Source of the DNA: Ignavibacteriota bacterium
Lineage (GTDB): Bacteria > Bacteroidota > Ignavibacteria > UBA10030
Assembly: GCA_963833465.1 (NCBI GenBank)
Contig: CAWHXW010000002.1
Location: 195,393-259,392, forward strand
Length of the DNA stretch: 64,000 nt
Direction of reading: 5' to 3'
Below are positions 39,555 through 49,195 of the stretch, piece after piece. The notes under the pieces are model-generated. The model was given only the letters and a program-made list of their open reading frames with translations. It searched no databases and was not told the DNA's origin. The translations under genes were made by a program, and so were the position numbers. Position 1 is the stretch's first letter. Every line of letters starts with the position of its first letter.

Positions 39555-40877
39555 TTAGAATACTTCAACTCGTTCCATTTTTGGAGCTAATACATTAAAA
39601 ATAATCCATGCAACCAGATACGCTGAACTACAAAACAAGAAAATCATAAAATAACCGGTTTCAATAGAACCTATTTCTTTATAATGATCAAGTAACACAC
39701 CTGTAACCTTCGAGATTAGAATTCCACCTAATGCACCTGCCATACCTCCAATACCTGTTACTGAAGCAACCGATTTCTTGGGAAACATATCTGATGTCGT
39801 TGTATAAAGATTGGCAGACCATGCTTGATGTGCAGACGCTGCAAATCCAATAATAAAGATTGTGAACCAATAACAATATTGTCCTAATGCTTGAGCAGCA
39901 GCTATCGGTAATACACATAATGCAAAGATAAGCATGGAAATTCTGCGTGCTTTATATACTTCCCATCCTTTCTTTATCAGGTTGCTTGATAACCATCCGC
40001 CAAAAATACTGCCGAACATAGTCATCGTATATACAGAAGCAATTGGAAGAACGAGATCTGTTTTCGACATACCATACTGTCTATTTAGAAACGAAGGCAG
40101 CCAGAACAAATAGAACCACCAAACTGGATCTGTTAAAAATTTTCCTAAAATAAATGCCCACGTTTGTCTAAACGTAAGCAGCTTAAACCAGTTCACTTTT
40201 TCTTTGTGTTTTTCTTCATTAATAATTTCATCATTATCACTGCAGATATAATTATATTCGTCTTTTATTAATTTTGGATGTCTGCTTGGAATTTCATACA
40301 TCACAAACCAGAAGACCAGCCAAATAAGACCTACAGCACCGGTGAGAATAAACGCCCACTGCCAACCAAAATAGAGAGCAATTAAAGGAACTGTCAATGG
40401 TGCAATAATAGCACCAACATTTGAACCAGAGTTAAAAATTCCAGTAGCTAAAGCTCTTTCTTTTTTGGGAAACCATTCTGCAACAGTTTTTATTGCTGCG
40501 GGAAAGTTACCCGACTCACTGATTCCAAGTACACTACGAGCAGCTATAAATCCAAACGTGCTTCCGGCAAAAGCATGTCCGATTGCTGCAAGACTCCAGA
40601 TAAACAATGACAACGCATACCCAAGTTTTGTCCCGATTTTATCAATAACCCAACCTATACCGAGCATTCCGATTGCATACGAGAGTTGAAAAACAATAAC
40701 AATGTCAGAATAATTTGATTCTGACCATCCGAATAGAGGATCGAGATAATCGTCCTTTAATAGACTGATAACCTGGCGGTCCAAATAATTAACTGTTGTA
40801 GCAAAAAAAACAAGTGTTAAGATGATCCAACGGTAATTTCCAATTCTAACTTTTATTCCATTATTATCAGACATCAT
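39555..40877 (-). CDS. exuT: MFS transporter, ACS/hexuronate (ExuT-like)
   Basis: It is a 12-TM-like protein with an N-terminal NYLDRQVISLLK motif typical of ACS-family MFS transporters, adjacent to uxaC. Confidence 0.7.
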   Translation of the reverse strand: MMSDNNGIKVRIGNYRWIILTLVFFATTVNYLDRQVISLLKDDYLDPLFGWSESNYSDIVIVFQLSYAIGMLGIGWVIDKIGTKLGYALSLFIWSLAAIGHAFAGSTFGFIAARSVLGISESGNFPAAIKTVAEWFPKKERALATGIFNSGSNVGAIIAPLTVPLIALYFGWQWAFILTGAVGLIWLVFWFVMYEIPSRHPKLIKDEYNYICSDNDEIINEEKHKEKVNWFKLLTFRQTWAFILGKFLTDPVWWFYLFWLPSFLNRQYGMSKTDLVLPIASVYTMTMFGSIFGGWLSSNLIKKGWEVYKARRISMLIFALCVLPIAAAQALGQYCYWFTIFIIGFAASAHQAWSANLYTTTSDMFPKKSVASVTGIGGMAGALGGILISKVTGVLLDHYKEIGSIETGYFMIFLFCSSAYLVAWIIFNVLAPKMERVEVF

Positions 40878-40904
40878 TTTTCTCGTTTTGCAATAAAAAT
40901 ATTA

Positions 40905-42317
40905 TTATTTAAAATTGAAATATCGTTTTGCATTGTAATAACAGATATCCTGCACAATACTTCCTATATATTTCAAGTCATTCGGAATTAAACCTTTTTC
41001 CATTTCTGTCCCGAAAATATTACATAATAATCTTCGAAAATATTCATGTCGCGAGTAAGAAAGAAAACTTCGCGAATCTGTTACCATACCTACAAACTGG
41101 CTTAATATTCCCATATTTGAAAGAGCGTCAATTTGCCTTCGCATCCCATCAAGTTGATCGAGAAACCACCAGCTTGAACCATATTGCATCTTGCCAGCCG
41201 TACTGCTATCTTGAAAATTGCCAATCATACTCGCCATCAACTCATTGTCGCATGGGTTGATATTGTAAATAATTGTTTTTGGAAGTCGATTTTGTGAATC
41301 GAGTTTATCAAGCAATTTTGCTAATGGACGTGCAATTTCAAAATCACCTATAGAATCAAAGCCCATGTCAGCACCCAATTCTCGCATCATCCGTGAATTA
41401 TTATTTCGAAGCGCTCCGAAATGGAATTGCTGCGCCCATCTTTTTTCATAATCCATCACTCCTAATTCATATAATATCGCTGATTTGAATTTCAGAATTT
41501 CTTTCTCATCAAGATTCTTTCCCTTGTGCAGTTTTTTGAAAATAAACTTTATCTCCGATTCCGAATAATTTTCCGAATATGGTATTTCTAATCCATGATC
41601 AGAAAGCCGGCAGCCATGCGCATGAAAGTAATCATGACGACTTTTAATAGCAGAAACAAACGAATAATAATCCTTTATATCAATTCCAGAAATAACTTCT
41701 AGCTTATTGATGTAGGAAACGAAAGTATCCACATTTTCCACAGCCATAGCTTTATCTGGACGAAATGTCGGAAGCATCTGAGTAAATCCGTTTCCTCCTT
41801 TTGCGTACGCTTTGTGGTATTCCAAATTGTCTGTTGGATCATCGGTAGTGCAAATAATTTCAACGTTCATGCATTTTAGAATTCCCTGAGTCGAAAAGCC
41901 CGGCATTGATAGTTTCTTATTGCATTTGTTCCATATAACTTTTGCTGTCTTTTCGCTTAGAATTACATTATTGATTCCAAAAGGCCGCCGCAATTCAAGA
42001 TGTGTCCAGTGGTTGAGTGGATTTCGGATTGCTTTCGGCACAGTACGTGCCCACATCTCAAACTTTTCCCAATCCGATGCACTTCCTGTAATGAAATGTT
42101 CATCAATACCGCATGTCCGCATCGCACGCCATTTGTAATGATCGCCATTCAGCCATATCTGTGTGAGATTATCGAATTGTTTGTTCTCAGCAATTTCTTT
42201 TGACGAAAGATGGCAGTGATAATCAATGATAGGTAACGATTCAGCATAGGAATGATAAAGTTCTGATGCGGTCTTCGTTTCAAGTAAGAAATCTTCATGG
42301 ATAAATTTCTTTTTCAT
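40905..42317 (-). CDS. uxaC: glucuronate isomerase
   Basis: The IIDYHCHL motif is present and the ~470-aa sequence is UxaC-like. The ORF-track start at 42332 is TTG, so I prefer the ATG at 42317 (MKKKFIHEDFLL). Confidence 0.92.
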   Translation of the reverse strand: MKKKFIHEDFLLETKTASELYHSYAESLPIIDYHCHLSSKEIAENKQFDNLTQIWLNGDHYKWRAMRTCGIDEHFITGSASDWEKFEMWARTVPKAIRNPLNHWTHLELRRPFGINNVILSEKTAKVIWNKCNKKLSMPGFSTQGILKCMNVEIICTTDDPTDNLEYHKAYAKGGNGFTQMLPTFRPDKAMAVENVDTFVSYINKLEVISGIDIKDYYSFVSAIKSRHDYFHAHGCRLSDHGLEIPYSENYSESEIKFIFKKLHKGKNLDEKEILKFKSAILYELGVMDYEKRWAQQFHFGALRNNNSRMMRELGADMGFDSIGDFEIARPLAKLLDKLDSQNRLPKTIIYNINPCDNELMASMIGNFQDSSTAGKMQYGSSWWFLDQLDGMRRQIDALSNMGILSQFVGMVTDSRSFLSYSRHEYFRRLLCNIFGTEMEKGLIPNDLKYIGSIVQDICYYNAKRYFNFK

Positions 42318-42442
42318 GTTTTTCTCCGGCAATCGAAGTTTATTCTATAAAACGCTACATCATTGATTAAAAACCGTATTCTGATAAAATGATTTTATCC
42401 TGATCTATCGTGGAGATTGATTCCTTACAAAATTTACTTTCA

Positions 42443-42691
42443 TCATTCGGGATTATTGAATAATCGTACATCGTATCGCAATTGTTCTATATATACAACG
42501 GGCGCTATATCTGCCAATAATTTTACATTCTGTGCTGATTTATTTCTCCACAAATTGCAGCATGCCGCCGCAACATTACCCGGCGGGCTTGCTATACGCA
42601 CAAACCGATGTTTTTCCTTCCATTGAATTTTTGCTGCATAACCAAATATGAGTTCTTTTGGATCAGATATCGCTAAGGTTTTATATTTCAT
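42443..42691 (-). CDS. hypothetical 82-aa protein (doubtful)
   Basis: It is the only sizeable ORF in the gap between the URO-D gene and uxaC, on the same strand as both. I recognise no motif in it. Confidence 0.25.
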   Translation of the reverse strand: MKYKTLAISDPKELIFGYAAKIQWKEKHRFVRIASPPGNVAAACCNLWRNKSAQNVKLLADIAPVVYIEQLRYDVRLFNNPE

Positions 42692-42742
42692 GCTTATTTT
42701 TCAAATGGAACAACAAAATATTTTATTTGTCAATGAGCTATT

Positions 42743-43774
42743 TTACGAATAATGTTGAATGGTTTGAATAAATGCATTTATATTTTCCGAGTTAACCCCT
42801 GGCGGCATACCGCCCCCGCATGATAAAATAATCTTCGATTTTTCTTGAAGAGAGTTCAACAGCGCCATAGTCGTCTTCGTTACTAAAGTAACATCGTTGC
42901 TTGCTAAAACATCTCGCGGAGGAATGTTACCGAGAAGAACAACTTTATTTTGTGTCGAATTTTTCAATTCATTAAGTGTAATATCGAAACCCATATTAAA
43001 CAGATTGACGCCTATTTCCGGAAGCAGCGGAGCGCATACTTTACAAGGAGCGTCATTATGCAGAAATTTGATTGACACCTCAGCGTCATACAATTCTTTG
43101 AAATATGGCAATCCGAAAGTACGAAATTCTTCTTCACCTAAAAAACCAATTATATCATCTAACAAAAAAATGCCATCGATGGATGAAAATGTTTCTATTT
43201 GCAGATTCAGCCAGTCTTTCAGATAAACTGTAATCTTCTTTATGAGGTGATGCGCTTTCTCTGGCTGTATCATCATCGTAGTTAGAAATTCCGTCGATCC
43301 CATCAGATAGCTGGCAATATTTAAAGGACCTCGAGCAACGGCAAAACGAATTTTATGTCCGGCCGCTTCAATCTTTGGTTGCGCAAGTTTTAACCGATTT
43401 AACACGAGCGGTAAGAGGCCATCCGTTTTTGGATTCGGCTGTGGAAGCATGTCAATATCATCCACTGATTGAATAATTTTATGCGCATAAGGAAATTCGT
43501 TTTCCGGAAAAACACAGCGTGTTCCAAACGCCGATGGTTCCGTACACATACCGAATTCGGACCAAAACCCAGGAAAATAAATTACATCTGGAAAATCTTG
43601 AAGTGCTTTCAGATTTGCCTTCAACCACAGTTCGTCGTTCGAAAAATAATCAAGAATATTAACACCGTACCAATTTGGCAGCCATGGGCTGTCAATGATA
43701 AAACCTGCAGGTAAAGGATTCAATATTTCTCCATTTATTACTTTCTGAAGAATTTCCCATTGTTGATCTGTCAT
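42743..43774 (-). CDS. uroporphyrinogen-decarboxylase (URO-D) family methyltransferase-like protein (MtaA/MtvB-like)
   Basis: URO-D-like segments are present (ARGPLNIASYLMG, ILSCGGGMPPG). It sits in a corrinoid-protein context rather than a heme-biosynthesis one. Confidence 0.7.
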   Translation of the reverse strand: MTDQQWEILQKVINGEILNPLPAGFIIDSPWLPNWYGVNILDYFSNDELWLKANLKALQDFPDVIYFPGFWSEFGMCTEPSAFGTRCVFPENEFPYAHKIIQSVDDIDMLPQPNPKTDGLLPLVLNRLKLAQPKIEAAGHKIRFAVARGPLNIASYLMGSTEFLTTMMIQPEKAHHLIKKITVYLKDWLNLQIETFSSIDGIFLLDDIIGFLGEEEFRTFGLPYFKELYDAEVSIKFLHNDAPCKVCAPLLPEIGVNLFNMGFDITLNELKNSTQNKVVLLGNIPPRDVLASNDVTLVTKTTMALLNSLQEKSKIILSCGGGMPPGVNSENINAFIQTIQHYS

Positions 43775-43863
43775 TCTACTTATCTTCCAATTTTATTTGC
43801 AATGATATATTCTATTTACAGAATGAAATGTCTTTTGCTAATAATCCAATTCTATGATTTATT

Positions 43864-44629
43864 TTATGTGCGTTCTGCTTTAGCGAATCTGATCACACGA
43901 TACCTGCAGTCCTTCATTCCGCATATATCGCAAGAATAATCGACTCTTTTAACTGTTTTCCCAATACCAATAATACCACTGACAGATTTAATAGGGACCA
44001 TCAACGACGATTCAGTGAGAGTAATTCCACAAAAATTTGCGGGGAGAAATGAGAACAGAAGATGTTGTTCTGACACAGACCAATCGCAGTACCCCGGACT
44101 AAACCTATTTGTTATTTTCAATCCATACATCTTCATACGTTTTTCGATATAATCATGGAGCACGTCAGTTGCTTGATCTACTGTTATTGATGCAACTGTA
44201 TCTATCAAGTAACTTAATGCAGCATCTCCATCGACAAATAATTTCTTTGCCCAGTTTTCCATAGCCGGACCGATTGTACAAACAAAAAGTGCCACTCTCT
44301 CAGATTTCTTAAGTTGCTTAGTGATATTGTTTTGCAAATTAAAAAATTTTCCGCCAGCGAATAATCCATCATTTCGATTTTCTGAATTTCTGACATTTAG
44401 AAGTCTATAACCTGCCTTCAATTTACAATATTTTGGTAGTTGAGATAGAATGTTTTCTATCATCTCTTCGAAATGCACTGGAATGGTACCGGCGGCATAT
44501 CCGAGGTACAGAAACTATTTCACTCTTTTTTATAGTTAAATCTTTTAAGTTGATTTCGATTTCAAAAGTATCATCTGGCAAAGCCAAGGATTCCAATTTT
44601 TGTTCGACTTGAGGAATAGCTTTTTCCAT
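43864..44629 (-). pseudogene. methionine-synthase-type B12 reactivation (AdoMet-binding) domain protein, split by one frameshift
   Basis: The ORF at 43864-44478 carries PGYCDWSVSEQHLLFSFLP...ESSLMVPIKSVSGIIGIG (Met_synt_B12-like). The N-terminal part (MEKAIPQVEQ...KKSEIV) lies in the 44423-44689 ORF frame. Removing one T from GTTTCTG near 44515 joins them into ...SEIVLYLGYAAGTIPVHFEEM. The span is 766 nt (3n+1). The start overlaps the upstream stop (TGATG). Confidence 0.7.
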
Positions 44630-45513
44630 CAGTGAACCCTTATCACTTGAACTATTTTCCGGATATGCGCCGGTGTAGTACCGCAACAACCACCAATAAT
44701 ATTTGCTCCACTCTTAATTAAATCCGGGATTTTTGCAGCTATCATTTCCGGTGTTTCCGGAAATATTGTCTTACCATCCTGATAAACGGGTTTTCCAGCA
44801 TTCGCATGGACAAGAATAGGCGTTAATGGATCGATTGTTCTAATTTCTTTAACTATATCAATCATTTGATCAAATCCATTTCCACAATTTGTCCCGATAA
44901 CAGAAGCACCGGCTTCCTTAACCGACTGAACCATTTCAGCAGGTGAAACCCCCATCATAGTACGGTATTCACCGCTAATAGTTTTCTCAAAAGTAAATGT
45001 GCAAACCACTTCTAATCCAGTAGACTCGCGAGCTGCACGAATCGCGAGACACGCCTCGTCAAGAGCGGACATTGTTTCCACACAAATTGCATCAACTCCA
45101 CCTTTTTGCAGAGCCTTTGCCTGAATAACAAATCCATTATACAAAGTTTCTTCAGAAACTTCTCCCATCATTAAAATTATGCCTGTAGGACCGATTGAAC
45201 CGAGTACGAGATGATCCGTGCCTGCTGCTTCTCTTGAGATGACTGCTGCTGCCTCGTTCAGTTCAGAAGTTCGATTTTGCAGACCATAATGCTCTAATTT
45301 AGATGGACTGGAGCCAAAACTGTTTGTGAGAATTATATCAGCACCGGCATCGATATAACTTTTTGCGATCGCAAGTACGTCAGCGCGATGAGTAATATTC
45401 CACAATTCTGGACATTCTCCAGACTGTAATCCTCGTTGATGCAGAAAAGTGCCCCAAGCACCATCCGAGATGAGGGTTTTTTTATTTTTAAGTGACATGA
45501 GAAGCGAATTCAT
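44629..45513 (-). CDS. homocysteine S-methyltransferase domain protein (MetH N-terminal module-like)
   Basis: It carries SDGAWGTFL at the N-terminus and the zinc-site region GANIIGGCCGTTPAHIRKI. Confidence 0.8.
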   Translation of the reverse strand: MNSLLMSLKNKKTLISDGAWGTFLHQRGLQSGECPELWNITHRADVLAIAKSYIDAGADIILTNSFGSSPSKLEHYGLQNRTSELNEAAAVISREAAGTDHLVLGSIGPTGIILMMGEVSEETLYNGFVIQAKALQKGGVDAICVETMSALDEACLAIRAARESTGLEVVCTFTFEKTISGEYRTMMGVSPAEMVQSVKEAGASVIGTNCGNGFDQMIDIVKEIRTIDPLTPILVHANAGKPVYQDGKTIFPETPEMIAAKIPDLIKSGANIIGGCCGTTPAHIRKIVQVIRVH

Positions 45514-45567
45514 TTTTCTAACTTATCTTTTAAAAAAATATTTTATCTCAAGAAAGAGCTTTCTCAT

Positions 45568-46284
45568 CTATTCTTTAACTGAAGAAATCATACTATCCAA
45601 AATCGCCACCGCCCCTTGAGGATCTCGAGAATATCCATCTGCGCCCATTTTTAAAGCTACTTCCATAGTCAGTGGTGCACCGCCAACAATAATTTTTGTG
45701 GATGGAAATATTGCTTTAATTTCCTGAACCGTTTTCGACATACTGACCATTGTCGTTGTAAGTAATGCACTTATACCAACTACGCAACCCGGATTATTTT
45801 TAATAGTTTCTAAGAATTTTACTGCTTTGACATCGACACCTAAATCAATAACTTCCCAGCCATTGCCTTCGATAACCATTCTAACTAAATTTTTTCCGAT
45901 GTCGTGTAAATCGCCGGCAACAGTACCAAGAACAAATTTCCCTTTTATCTTAATGCTTCCTTTTTTGAAAAATGGTTCAAGATGAGCCATCACAGCGTGC
46001 ATCGCCTTAGCTGCCATTAATAACTCAGGAACGAACACTTCATTTCTACTAAAGCGTTCGCCGATACGCTGCATACCATCATTACATGCCTGTAGAATAG
46101 CATCGGGCCCAATAGCAGATTCCAATGCTTGCCGTGTCAATTCATCTGCCCCTTCCATACCTTTCATATCATTAGGATATGGCGAAACTTTGTTAATCTT
46201 TCCACGCTCAATACACCTGCCTATTTTTTCAGTTAATTCATTCAAAACAATTAACCCTGAGACATCAAAAATAATTTGTTGCAA
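45568..46284 (-). CDS. corrinoid (B12-binding) protein, MtaC/MetH-cap plus Rossmann type
   Basis: The DxHxxG motif is present (GDLHDIGKNLV), preceded by a helical cap domain. The start is TTG. Confidence 0.85.
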   Translation of the reverse strand: MQQIIFDVSGLIVLNELTEKIGRCIERGKINKVSPYPNDMKGMEGADELTRQALESAIGPDAILQACNDGMQRIGERFSRNEVFVPELLMAAKAMHAVMAHLEPFFKKGSIKIKGKFVLGTVAGDLHDIGKNLVRMVIEGNGWEVIDLGVDVKAVKFLETIKNNPGCVVGISALLTTTMVSMSKTVQEIKAIFPSTKIIVGGAPLTMEVALKMGADGYSRDPQGAVAILDSMISSVKE

Positions 46285-46576
46285 TGGATTTATTATTTAT
46301 TTGTTCATTATAACTTTTATATTCAAACCAATTATTATAAGATACATTTGTGTAATGTCTTCCTGGTGAGTATGTGCTCATTTTCACGAATTTCTAATTT
46401 AGTTCAGGAAGCAAGATATTGATTTCAGCTTTGCCCTTATCCAAATAAAATCGATTGTTGTTTGAAATAACGGCTGATAAAGTTTTTGACTTCAGCCACT
46501 AACTTAAAATAACGAATTTCCTATTTTAATCAAGTATTTAGGTGAAAGAACACTTTATCTGTACAAAAACTGATGG

Positions 46577-46606
46577 AAAGCGGAGATCACTTTACATCTC
46601 CGCTTT
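46577..46606 (-). terminator. candidate terminator hairpin downstream of ygiQ
   Basis: An 11-bp stem, AAAGCGGAGAT / ATCTCCGCTTT, encloses an 8-nt loop. On the minus strand a partial T-run follows (CCATCAGTTTTTG). Confidence 0.45.
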
Positions 46607-46736
46607 ACAAAAATTTCAATTTAGAAAGTTGCATCATCGAATCGAGTGATATTCCATATAAAAGTTGATAGAATTAAATTTTCTCTCAAATTTAAAATTA
46701 ATTGATAAAACAAACCTCCATAGTAACACAAATGCT

Positions 46737-48587
46737 CTAAACATTTTTATTAGAGTGCAAGTCAAGAAATTTGATAATATCAAAACGCTTAATTTTAAAA
46801 AGTTCCCTTTTTAACTCTGCACGCTTTTCCCTGTTGTAAAGAAAGAAAAATAACTGTTGTATTTTTTTTTCTTTTGCTGAACGAGGGATATAAATCTTTT
46901 CATTGGTATATGGATCAAATCCTGTATAAAACATTACCGATGCCAGCGTCATAGGAGTAGGAGTGAAATCTTGTATCTGTTCAAGATTCATATTCAGTTT
47001 TCGCATTTGAACCGATAGGTCAGCCATATCGTCGAGTTCACAATCAGGCAAACTTGATATAAAATATGGAATCAATTGTTGGTTCAACCCATTTTTCTTG
47101 CAGATTGCTGTAAATCGATTAAGTAAATGAATAAACAAATCAAAGGAAGGTTTGCGTAACAGTTTTAAAACTTTTTTTGAAGTATGCTCAGGCGCTACCT
47201 TCAATCTACCGGAGACATGATTCACAACAAGCTCATCGAAATATTCAAGTGAAGAAGGAGCAATTGATTTATTATTATTATCGATTATAAGATCATATCT
47301 GATTCCGCTTCCAATGGTAATTTTCTTTATCCCTTTTATCGTCCTCGCTTCTTTATACAAAGCAATAAGTGGATTGTAACTTGTATCAAGATTTTTACAA
47401 ATTAGCGGGTAAATGCATGCCGGACGTTTGCATTTAGCGCACTTCTTATAATTAATACTTTTCATCATATACATATTAGCCGAAGGTCCGCCCATATCAG
47501 TAATGTGCCCTGTAAAAGACGGATCATCAGCAATACTTTTCAATTCATTTAATATGGAAGCCTTCGAACGACTTGAAACAAATTTTCCTTGGTGAGCTGA
47601 AATAGTGCAGAATGAACAACCTCCAAAACACCCTCGATGTATCGTGACAGAATCTTTAATCATTTCATAAGCAGGAATATGTTCCTTTCTCTCGTACCTC
47701 GGATGCGGCCGGCGAGTGAACGGAAGATTATAAATGCTATCGATCTCATCCTGCGAAAGTACAGAAAACGGCGGATTGACTATAACATATTTATTTCCTG
47801 TTTTTTCAGCGAGAAGCCGTTGTTCTATTTTATTTGATTCTTCTTCAATCACCACAAAATTGAGAGCAAATGATTTTTTACTTTTTACACATTCTTCGAA
47901 GGAAGCGAGGACGACCATTTTTTCATTTTCAACAGACGGAAGTTCTTTCGCACAATAAGCTGTTTGAGGAATATTCCTTATGTCTTCAATTTGTTCGTCG
48001 CTATTTAATCTTTCAGCTATTTCAAAAATAGCTTTTTCAGCCATTCCATAAGCAAGTAAATCGGCATTTGAATCAATTAATATTGAAGGCTTCAAAGAAT
48101 CGCTCCAATAATCATAATGCGTAAGCCGACGAAGCGAAGCTTCAATACCTCCGATTATTAAAGGAACATCAGGATAAAGCAATTTCAATATCTTTGAATA
48201 AACTTGCACTGCATAATCGGGTCTCTGCCCTGCTTTATTTCCCGGTGTAAATGCATCGTTTGACCGAAGCCGCTTGTTAGCAGTGTAGTGATTAACCATC
48301 GAATCCATATTACCAGATGTGACTCCGAAAAATAACCTGGGTGTCCCCATTTTTTTAAAGTCCCTTAAATCATCTCGCCAATTAGGCTGTGGAACAATCC
48401 CGACTTTATAGCCCGCATTTTCCAACACTCGCGCCACAACAGCCGCACCAAACGCCGGATGATCAACAAATGCATCTCCTGTGAACAATATTACATCGGC
48501 TTGCTCCCAGCCAAGCTCTCGCATCTCTTTCACAGAAGTCGGAAAAAAGTTGGACTCTTTATACACTTGACCTTTGAAACTTTTCAT
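46737..48587 (-). CDS. ygiQ: YgiQ-family radical SAM protein (UPF0313)
   Basis: The radical SAM cluster motif RGCFGGCSFCTI is present, and the ~616-aa length and N-terminal domain are typical of YgiQ. Confidence 0.85.
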   Translation of the reverse strand: MKSFKGQVYKESNFFPTSVKEMRELGWEQADVILFTGDAFVDHPAFGAAVVARVLENAGYKVGIVPQPNWRDDLRDFKKMGTPRLFFGVTSGNMDSMVNHYTANKRLRSNDAFTPGNKAGQRPDYAVQVYSKILKLLYPDVPLIIGGIEASLRRLTHYDYWSDSLKPSILIDSNADLLAYGMAEKAIFEIAERLNSDEQIEDIRNIPQTAYCAKELPSVENEKMVVLASFEECVKSKKSFALNFVVIEEESNKIEQRLLAEKTGNKYVIVNPPFSVLSQDEIDSIYNLPFTRRPHPRYERKEHIPAYEMIKDSVTIHRGCFGGCSFCTISAHQGKFVSSRSKASILNELKSIADDPSFTGHITDMGGPSANMYMMKSINYKKCAKCKRPACIYPLICKNLDTSYNPLIALYKEARTIKGIKKITIGSGIRYDLIIDNNNKSIAPSSLEYFDELVVNHVSGRLKVAPEHTSKKVLKLLRKPSFDLFIHLLNRFTAICKKNGLNQQLIPYFISSLPDCELDDMADLSVQMRKLNMNLEQIQDFTPTPMTLASVMFYTGFDPYTNEKIYIPRSAKEKKIQQLFFFLYNREKRAELKRELFKIKRFDIIKFLDLHSNKNV

Positions 48588-48732
48588 TCATTCTTCTTAT
48601 TATTTTTCTTGCCATACTGCATAATATACCACTTAATAATTTCTTTGCCCAATTCATGTACAAAATTGAAATTAAAATATTTATGATTTTTTTGAAATGT
48701 CAAGTTAAGGTCGGTGAAATGAGTTAAAGATT

Positions 48733-49077
48733 TCAACTGCTTAAGTAAGTAATAGAAGTCTTTCCTGCTTGTAACGAAGACGGAATATTTATAGTTGTGG
48801 GATTTTCAGTAGTTAGCTGAATTATGCTCGTGGATTTTACTCTGTTGGAATCTACTGCAACGAGGATATTTCCGGTTCCTCTAAAATTTAAGGTTATAAG
48901 AGATGAACTTCCTTTTGCGCTCAGTACATTTGATTTGATAATTCGATGGAAACAGAAGGAATCACAGTTGCCGTAATTGTTGTTGTTGCTCTTGCATGTG
49001 TAAAAACTTTCTTTGGCATCGGCCCGAAAATCATTAAAAATATATTTAATATAATTGTGATCGTTCTCATAATGCAT
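48733..49077 (-). CDS. hypothetical 114-aa protein at the distal end of the fimbrial locus
   Basis: It is on the same strand as the locus and 118 nt downstream of the usher-like gene. The C-terminal half looks beta-rich (SSLITLNFRGTGNILVAVDS...TSITYLSS). It has no signal peptide and no recognised motif. Confidence 0.3.
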   Translation of the reverse strand: MHYENDHNYIKYIFNDFRADAKESFYTCKSNNNNYGNCDSFCFHRIIKSNVLSAKGSSSLITLNFRGTGNILVAVDSNRVKSTSIIQLTTENPTTINIPSSLQAGKTSITYLSS

Positions 49078-49195
49078 AAAAATGCGAGAACGATGCTAGC
49101 AAATTAAGTTATACCAATAAAGCAATATTCCTTTAACTACATATTTGATAATAACTTAAGAAGGTACAGATTAATAAAAAAACAATCGTCAAATG

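Noticed and set aside
44423-44689. This 88-aa ORF might be an independent gene.
   Set aside because: Its first 20 codons overlap the Hcy-methyltransferase 3' end. From its internal Met onwards it is the N-terminus of the frameshifted reactivation-domain gene.
46285-46736. A cobalamin riboswitch might lie upstream of the corrinoid-protein gene.
   Set aside because: I scanned the minus-strand leader for a B12-box-like core (GCCACTG) and the GGTG...GGGAA pattern and found none. The only GCCACT is on the opposite strand. A covariance-model scan (Rfam RF00174) would settle it.
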